From Acidimicrobiales bacterium (GTDB lineage Bacteria > Patescibacteriota > Minisyncoccia > Phycocordibacterales > UBA918): a stretch of DNA of 64,000 nucleotides. The notes beneath the pieces are model-generated. The model was given only the letters and a program-made list of their open reading frames with translations. It had not been told where the DNA came from and did no database searches. Positions 58,085 to 64,000 of this stretch are shown piece after piece. Each line of letters opens with the position of its first letter. Position 1 is the stretch's first letter. The DNA is taken from contig JBLIMJ010000003.1 of NCBI GenBank assembly GCA_047638595.1, positions 11,710-75,709 of the forward strand, read 5' to 3'. The position numbers and the translations under genes were made by a program.

Positions 58085-58978
58085 TTATGAATCTGATGGA
58101 TTAATCATACCTCCCAAGGTACGTAGCTTCTCAAGCGCTATCTCAGCTTGCTCACCTTTAGGTACGCGGTCTTCAGGACCTTTACCTGGAGGATTACCGT
58201 GCCAACGGAAATCACGCTCAAATACATCTACTCCTTTGGATGAAATAGTGTGTGCAATAATCACTGAAGGCTGAGAGTAGATGCTCTGTGCTTTCCCTAT
58301 TGCGTCGTTGACCATGCGAATATTATGTCCGTCTACTTCTTGAACATCAAAGTTAAATGCTTCAAACTTCCCTCGTAGTGACTCAAGTGGCATGACATCA
58401 CGTGTATAGCCATCTATTTGGATACCGTTACGATCTACGATAACTACCAAGTTGTGAAGTTGTTCTTTACCTGCAAGCATAGCAGCTTCCCAGATCTGTC
58501 CTTCGTTGAGTTCCCCATCGCCAGTTATACAATATATAAATTTAGACGTGTATGGGTTATCCATTCGTTCTGCAATAGCCATGCCGACCGCCTGTGACAG
58601 TCCACTACCAAGTGGTCCAGAGCTTGTTTCAATACCTGGTAAGACCGTGCGGTGAGGATGTCCTTGGAGACGTGATCCAAACTTACGGAGTGTCATAAGC
58701 TCTTCCACGGGAAAATATCCAGAATGAGCCATAGCTGCATACAACACCGGACAAATATGCCCCGCTGAAAGCACTAATCTATCCCGCTCTTCCCAATCGG
58801 GATTCTTTGGATCATGCTTGAGTACACTAAAGTACAACAACGAAAAAATGTCAGCCATATCAAGTGGCCCTGCAGTGTGTCCTGACCCGGCTGCAACAAG
58901 CATCTCAATGATACTCTGACGAATTTCGTTGGCTTTTACTTCTAAATCCCTTACTTCAGTATTTGAAAGATAATACAT
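58085..58978 (-). CDS. tkt: Transketolase, N-terminal (TPP-binding) subunit
   Basis: 'GSGHTAGPLDMADIF', 'LSAGHICPVLYA' and the TPP-binding 'GDGELNEG'. Confidence 0.9.
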   Translation of the reverse strand: MYYLSNTEVRDLEVKANEIRQSIIEMLVAAGSGHTAGPLDMADIFSLLYFSVLKHDPKNPDWEERDRLVLSAGHICPVLYAAMAHSGYFPVEELMTLRKFGSRLQGHPHRTVLPGIETSSGPLGSGLSQAVGMAIAERMDNPYTSKFIYCITGDGELNEGQIWEAAMLAGKEQLHNLVVIVDRNGIQIDGYTRDVMPLESLRGKFEAFNFDVQEVDGHNIRMVNDAIGKAQSIYSQPSVIIAHTISSKGVDVFERDFRWHGNPPGKGPEDRVPKGEQAEIALEKLRTLGGMINPSDS

Positions 58979-59001
58979 GTACTAATAGTATAACGCGTGA
59001 A

Positions 59002-59685
59002 CTAGGTAACCAAAGAGAGTAACTGTTTATAGGAATCAGCTGGATTTTCAGTTTTTGCTATAGCAGAACCTGGTGCAAATCTCGTAACCCCTGCAGCATA
59101 TAACTGTGGCATCGTATTGGCATTTACACTTCCATCAACAGCAATTTCAAGTTCCGGAAACTGGGCACGTAACTCTCGTGCACGCGCGAGTGTCCGTACA
59201 TCAAAAGGCTGACCCTGTTGCCCCACTTCTTTAATACCCATAAGTTGTACATACTCAATCTCATCAATGTATTGCAACACTACATCCAATGGAGTGTCGT
59301 TGGTCAGTGCAAAACCCAATCTATATCCATGCTTTTTTGCATGACTAATAATTTCAGCATACGCTTGCGTACTACCAACATGAATAGCTACCCGTTTCAC
59401 CCCAAGCGTTACAAAGATATCAAGATACTGTTCAGGATTGCAAACCATACAATCCATTTCCAAAGAAAAAGAATCTGTAAACTGAGACAGTTGAGACAAA
59501 GCTGTTACTGGATCTTCTTCCGTGAAAGGCCAAGAAACTAACGGTACAAATTTTCCATCAACAATGTCAACTTGAATCTCACGAGCCACCCCTTCAAGAG
59601 CTTTGCATAAGGATTCAATTTCACTAAAAGATACAGCAGGTAATGATGGGACTACGGTAATAGGCAACATGCTATTTTGTGACAT
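59002..59685 (-). CDS. rpe: Ribulose-phosphate 3-epimerase
   Basis: 'VDIVDGKFVP' and TIM-barrel metal-binding pattern. Confidence 0.8.
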   Translation of the reverse strand: MSQNSMLPITVVPSLPAVSFSEIESLCKALEGVAREIQVDIVDGKFVPLVSWPFTEEDPVTALSQLSQFTDSFSLEMDCMVCNPEQYLDIFVTLGVKRVAIHVGSTQAYAEIISHAKKHGYRLGFALTNDTPLDVVLQYIDEIEYVQLMGIKEVGQQGQPFDVRTLARARELRAQFPELEIAVDGSVNANTMPQLYAAGVTRFAPGSAIAKTENPADSYKQLLSLVT

Positions 59686-60130
59686 GTTCTATTTTCTTAA
59701 TACGGCGTACGTGTCGATTGTCTCCAGAAAAAGTTCCCTCAAGCCACTGTGTTACCGCTTCTTTTGCTTCAGTTTCAGTAAGAAACCGTGCCCCTAAAGA
59801 AAGGATGTTCGCGTCGTTGTGTTCGCGTGAGAGTGTAAGAATTTCATCACTCCCTCCGTAATAGGCCGTTGCTCGCACATGAGGAAAACGATTTGCAACC
59901 ATTGCCTCACCTTGACCTGACCCACCTAAAATAATCGCCCGAGATGTGGGAGTCTTTGAAACACTCTTAGCAGCGATGCTAATAAAATCTGGGTAATCAT
60001 CTTGAGTATCAAAGGCCATAGGCCCACAGTCAACTACATCATAGTGCAGCTCATCTCGTACAAACGCCAGCAGAACATTTTTGAGTTCAAAACCAGCGTG
60101 ATCAGTTGCAAAATAAACAGTTGGTTTCAT
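59672..60130 (-). CDS. rpiB: Ribose-5-phosphate isomerase B (RpiB/LacAB family)
   Basis: 'VYFATDHAGFELKNVL' N-terminus. 152 aa. Confidence 0.85.
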   Translation of the reverse strand: MKPTVYFATDHAGFELKNVLLAFVRDELHYDVVDCGPMAFDTQDDYPDFISIAAKSVSKTPTSRAIILGGSGQGEAMVANRFPHVRATAYYGGSDEILTLSREHNDANILSLGARFLTETEAKEAVTQWLEGTFSGDNRHVRRIKKIEHVTK

Positions 60131-60133
60131 ATT

Positions 60134-61171
60134 TTATGTTCCCGCTTTTGTATTAAAGAATCGTGCAACTGCAGCTATGTGCTCAACAAGGGTATGTGTG
60201 TAACTTGTCTCGTTGTCATACCAAGCAAGTACCTTTATGAGGTTACCGTCTACCACTCGTGTCATAGCTAAGTCTGCAATAGATGCAAATTGAGCTCCTA
60301 CTATATCTGAAGAAACCAACGGCTCATCGGTTGTAGCAAAAAGAGTGCTCCATTTAGGCTGCGTTGCGGCAGTTCGAAGCAGTTCATTCACCTCCTCAAC
60401 AGTAGTGTCTCTTGATGAAATAAAAGTAATGTCCACAAGTGACCCGACGGGTACTGGTACACGAACCGAGATACCGTCAAACTTCCCTGAGAGATCAGTA
60501 TGTGCCAAGGTTGTTGCGACAGCTGCTCCCGTAGAGGTAGGGATGATATTTTGTGCTGCAGCACGCCCTTTCCGAAAATCTTTTGAAGGCCCATCAACCA
60601 GTGACTGAGTGGATGTGTACGCATGAATGGTGTTTAAAATAGCCTTCTCAATACCTACGGATTCTTTTAAGATAGCGACCAACGGTGAAGTAGCGTTGGT
60701 AGTACAAGATGCATTTGAACTTATATCGCATGAAGACAATACCTCATCATTGACCCCCATAAGTACAGTTGCACCAACCACTCCTGCCGCTTCTGGGTCA
60801 TCTTTGACTGGCCCAGAAACAACCACACGTTTCGCTCCAGCCTCCAGGTGCATTTTTGATTTTTCGTAACTGGAAAAAAAACCTGTTGCTTCGACAACAA
60901 TATCAATATCTAACTTTTTCCATGGAAGCATTTTTGGATCCCGTTCTTGTATAAACGAAATTTCTTTACCGTCCACCACAAGCATCCCCTCTTTGGTTTT
61001 CACTTCGTACTGCCCTCGCCCATATGCAGTATCATACTTTAGAAGATATGCGAGGTTTTCAATATCACCCAAGTCATTAATGGCAACTATTTCAAAATCT
61101 GGATGATTCAGTGCCATCTTAAAAAACGTGCGGCCAATTCTCCCAAAACCATTGATTGCTACCTTTGTCAT
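60134..61171 (-). CDS. gap: Glyceraldehyde-3-phosphate dehydrogenase (type I)
   Basis: 'KVAINGFGRIGR' Rossmann motif and 'SNASCTTNA' catalytic Cys. Confidence 0.93.
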   Translation of the reverse strand: MTKVAINGFGRIGRTFFKMALNHPDFEIVAINDLGDIENLAYLLKYDTAYGRGQYEVKTKEGMLVVDGKEISFIQERDPKMLPWKKLDIDIVVEATGFFSSYEKSKMHLEAGAKRVVVSGPVKDDPEAAGVVGATVLMGVNDEVLSSCDISSNASCTTNATSPLVAILKESVGIEKAILNTIHAYTSTQSLVDGPSKDFRKGRAAAQNIIPTSTGAAVATTLAHTDLSGKFDGISVRVPVPVGSLVDITFISSRDTTVEEVNELLRTAATQPKWSTLFATTDEPLVSSDIVGAQFASIADLAMTRVVDGNLIKVLAWYDNETSYTHTLVEHIAAVARFFNTKAGT

Positions 61172-61243
61172 ATAATGAACTTAATTACTACTTTTATCTT
61201 ATAACTATACGTGATTACCCAAACGTATACACTAAACTTATCC

Positions 61244-62839
61244 TCACTGTGCCGCTGTTTGTTTCCGAATATAGATAAAGTAAATCGTCAAAAGAGTCAG
61301 GAGGAGGAACATAAGAAACGCGAGACTTATCGTACGTGACACGACATTCATGTTACTTATTATTGTATTATCGGTTACTTGTTCCAGACCAAACGTCTGC
61401 TCTGAAAAGATGGTGCCGACTACGTCCGTAAGGAGGTCAGTGGAGAAGTCATACACTGATACATGCACGGAGTACATACCTGTTTCTTTTAATGGTGCGA
61501 ACGTTGCTTCGTACTTTGTCTTTTTACGGTCTACGCGCAAGATATATGAGGACTCCTTCCCTTCTTTATCAGTAAGTGTCACTACGATTGTCTTCAAATG
61601 TTCAGGTAATACTTCGTATGGTATGTATACAGTCACCGGCAAGTGGCTGGCAACTGTGAGAAGCCCTGCTGTCCAAAGGATCTCTTGTTCATTTTGAATA
61701 AAGTATAAATCATTAAAGTCAAAATCAATCATTATGGGATCAGGGATTATTTCTTCTGTAGTAGTTGAAACTTCTGGAGTTGTAGTTGACTGAGTCGTTT
61801 CTGACCCGCCTCCAATATCTTCAGTACCTCCATCAGTAGGCACAGTCTTTTGTACCTTTATAACCGCGCCTGAAGAAATATTACCCATCTCATCATATGA
61901 AAATATTGAATAGTATTGTGCAGAATCACTCGCAAGCGCATCAGTATCTAAAAACGATTCTCCTTTCCCTTCATACATGATGTACCCATCTACTTGATCT
62001 GATGGATAAAAAGAGCTACTGCGCACGATACGTACTTTATCAAAGTCAGCTTCAGGAGGATTTACCCAAGATAGTGTGACTGATTGATCACTTGCCTCAA
62101 ATCGTAGATTATCTACATTCAAAGGTGCGGTCACATCGGACAATACTTCAGTGGTAAAGGTATCTTTAGAGAGTACATACCCCCGACCATTATTGTCGTA
62201 AGCTATGAGCTCATATGCATATTGTGTACCTGTTTCCAAGCCAGTAATAAATGTCCGATGTGTTTTCTTAAAAACATCATTCTGCACAGAACCAAGGTCA
62301 TAAGTGTCACCTTTACCCCAATGTAACGAATACCTTGTATATGTATTTGTCTCCCAATCTATCTGTACCTGTGTTTGATCAATAATGATAGAAAAATCAA
62401 TAAGGCGTGTCAGTAACGAACCTCCTGACGAAGAACTTACTTCAGGAGCTGGTGTCAAAGTTGTTGCAGACGAGGTTGCAGACGAGGTGGAGATGTTCAA
62501 AGCAGCATCATACGCCTGTACATGATAAGTGTAACTAGTACTTTGTGTTAAGCCTGTATCAGAATATGAAGTCAGCGATGTTGTAGCAATTTGTACGGTA
62601 TCTCGAAAAAGTCTGTATCCAACAACCAGCACATCGTCAGTCGATGCATTCCAAGTTATGTCTATCTGTGAAGTTGCAATAGCTGTTGCAACAACGGACG
62701 TTGGTATTGAAGGAGGTGCTAAATCAGTATTATATACATACACGCCTATGGTAATGTCGTCAGATGCAGCAAAAACACTTGTAGTCATCATAAATAAGAC
62801 CAAAAGAATTCCGAGTATGTGTCGGCAAACTATACTCAT
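61244..62839 (-). CDS. Surface protein: signal peptide, two fibronectin-type-III-like domains, C-terminal TM anchor
   Basis: FN3-like 'W.AS.DDV.VVGYRLFRD...YSDTGL...SYTYHVQAYDAALNIS' and a second copy. C-terminal 'LAFLMFLLLTLLTIYFIYIRKQ'. Confidence 0.7.
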   Translation of the reverse strand: MSIVCRHILGILLVLFMMTTSVFAASDDITIGVYVYNTDLAPPSIPTSVVATAIATSQIDITWNASTDDVLVVGYRLFRDTVQIATTSLTSYSDTGLTQSTSYTYHVQAYDAALNISTSSATSSATTLTPAPEVSSSSGGSLLTRLIDFSIIIDQTQVQIDWETNTYTRYSLHWGKGDTYDLGSVQNDVFKKTHRTFITGLETGTQYAYELIAYDNNGRGYVLSKDTFTTEVLSDVTAPLNVDNLRFEASDQSVTLSWVNPPEADFDKVRIVRSSSFYPSDQVDGYIMYEGKGESFLDTDALASDSAQYYSIFSYDEMGNISSGAVIKVQKTVPTDGGTEDIGGGSETTQSTTTPEVSTTTEEIIPDPIMIDFDFNDLYFIQNEQEILWTAGLLTVASHLPVTVYIPYEVLPEHLKTIVVTLTDKEGKESSYILRVDRKKTKYEATFAPLKETGMYSVHVSVYDFSTDLLTDVVGTIFSEQTFGLEQVTDNTIISNMNVVSRTISLAFLMFLLLTLLTIYFIYIRKQTAAQ

Positions 62840-63600
62840 AGCGAAAGTGCAGTTAATGTCGTAGTTGCTGTATAGACTCCTGTAGCTTGCACGACAGAGC
62901 TTCCCACGCCCACTCTGAACCGTACAGACGTTTCAGTACCAGTAGGATGGTTTGACCCCGTAGCAGAAGCGATAGCTACTGCAGTGGTAGAAAGCCCATC
63001 CCAGCATGCTGATGCAGCATTTGAAGACCCACTATTACAGGTTACACCACTGTTCAGGAAACGTTGCACTACATCTGCTCCCTCTGGTGTATACCCGAAG
63101 TGTGCATCACCAGAACCTGTAGTAAACGTATAGTCAGGGACTCCTGCAGGAGTATAGTCAGCTATTGTTTCAGCACCATTTTGCATGGCAGGGTTCCCTT
63201 CAGCTTCTATGGTCAATTGGTATCCTGAAATACTGTCTGTAGTGACCGTTACCGTTGTAGATCCATTGGAAGTCCCCCCAGTGACACCACCAATTGATGG
63301 CGACAGTGTCAGACTCGATGACGCTGAACTTACGGCTATATACACCTCTTGCATTTGCTGATACCCCGCACGCAATGAATAACTAGTACTATCGGACTGC
63401 CCTGTAGCAATTTCGCCTGCAGAAGACTCCAAGGAGTAATTGGTTGACGAAGATAATCCTCCCCCTACGTTTACACTGTCACTTTGGATTTGGTAGTTAG
63501 AACTAGTCATCACTTGTGCCCCCGCAATATGCACCGAAAAAAGTAAGACAGGGGTAAAAAGTACCGATGCAATTAATGGTGTAAAGGAACGAATACTCAT
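62836..63600 (-). CDS. Secreted Ser/Thr/Gly-rich beta-type protein (254 aa), paralogous to the next gene
   Basis: Signal peptide 'LIASVLFTPVLLFSVHIAGAQ'. Shares a C-terminal block with the next gene ('FRVGVGSSVVQATGVYTATTTLTAL' versus 'FRVDVPAGPVPAVPTGTYTATATLTAV'). ATGA overlap with the downstream gene. Confidence 0.65.
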   Translation of the reverse strand: MSIRSFTPLIASVLFTPVLLFSVHIAGAQVMTSSNYQIQSDSVNVGGGLSSSTNYSLESSAGEIATGQSDSTSYSLRAGYQQMQEVYIAVSSASSSLTLSPSIGGVTGGTSNGSTTVTVTTDSISGYQLTIEAEGNPAMQNGAETIADYTPAGVPDYTFTTGSGDAHFGYTPEGADVVQRFLNSGVTCNSGSSNAASACWDGLSTTAVAIASATGSNHPTGTETSVRFRVGVGSSVVQATGVYTATTTLTALSL

Positions 63601-63678
63601 GACAACAGGTGATATTTATTTACGTCTTAGCTCAAATCGAGTGATGAAGAATCGGGTAACAAGGAACTTGAGTCTGAG

Positions 63679-64000
63679 TTATTGTGTAACCGCAGTCAAT
63701 GTTGCTGTTGCTGTGTATGTACCGGTTGGCACCGCTGGAACAGGTCCAGCTGGTACGTCTACACGGAACTGCACAGTTGTCGTCGCGCCTGAAGCAAGTG
63801 TTGCATCACCACGATCTACAATCTGTTGTGCAGCAGTACTGCTTGGTGCAAGCCAACATTCGCTTACGGTATCATCTGTACCTACTCCACATAAAGCACT
63901 ACCATCATCAAGAAATGTGAGATGTATGTCATCATCAGCTTCCGTTACTGGAGCATAGACCGAGTAGCCAAACATTGCGTATGTTTCTTCTTCATCAAAA
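63679..64000 (-). CDS. Paralogous secreted beta-type protein, C-terminal part (N-terminus likely beyond window end)
   Basis: Conserved C-terminal block '...TGTYTATATLTAVTQ'. The ORF is open to the window edge as far as can be judged. Confidence 0.5.
   Translation of the reverse strand, partial: FDEEETYAMFGYSVYAPVTEADDDIHLTFLDDGSALCGVGTDDTVSECWLAPSSTAAQQIVDRGDATLASGATTTVQFRVDVPAGPVPAVPTGTYTATATLTAVTQ

Overview
This is a 64-kb, gene-dense window that reads as part of a small bacterial genome using the standard genetic code. TGA, TAA and TAG all occur as stops, and the long ORFs are intact.

Most of the window is housekeeping machinery:
- the dnaG-rpoD macromolecular-synthesis operon, then rpoB-rpoC
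- an rpsP-khpA-(pilin-like)-nudix-trmD operon
- rnr, a short SMC-family ATPase, rnc, a NusB-NUDIX fusion gene, rpmF, rnhB and dnaE
- thrS, gyrB, pheS-pheT, rpsB-tsf, prfA (RF1-type), rpmE and rplY
- a sugar-phosphate cluster: gap, rpiB, rpe, split transketolase and a PfkB kinase

Between these sit several cell-surface loci:
- three type IV pilin-like genes
- a sortase next to a Sec-secreted protein, a protein with a twin-arginine-like signal peptide, and a large surface protein with four Ig-like repeats
- an FN3 surface protein with paralogous beta-rich secreted proteins
- a processive GT2 (QxxRW) glycosyltransferase with a membrane-anchored partner
- a coiled-coil lytic transglycosylase

Several ribosomal and RNA-binding proteins (S16, L32, L25, KhpA) carry long charged C-terminal tails. 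The sigma factor carries a histone-H1-like lysine/alanine N-terminal extension. Together with the split transketolase and scattered pilins, these fit a Candidate-Phyla-Radiation / Gram-positive-type small-genome bacterium. That placement is inference.

One tRNA-Thr(UGU) is present, followed by a degenerate partial duplicate of its 5' half. There is no rRNA, CRISPR array, transposase or integrase.

The non-coding signals I rank highest are:
- a conserved ~80-nt palindromic repeat in the 3'UTRs of rpoC, khpA and gyrB, each time between the stop codon and a bidirectional terminator
- a TrpR/YerC-like regulator bracketed by four related palindromes
- a T-box-like leader with tandem 12-nt repeats upstream of thrS
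- a 17-bp perfect stem enclosing a ~90-nt structured insert in the rnc leader
- a cluster of perfect 26- and 38-bp palindromes inside the rpsP-trmD operon
- several GC-rich candidate small-RNA regions
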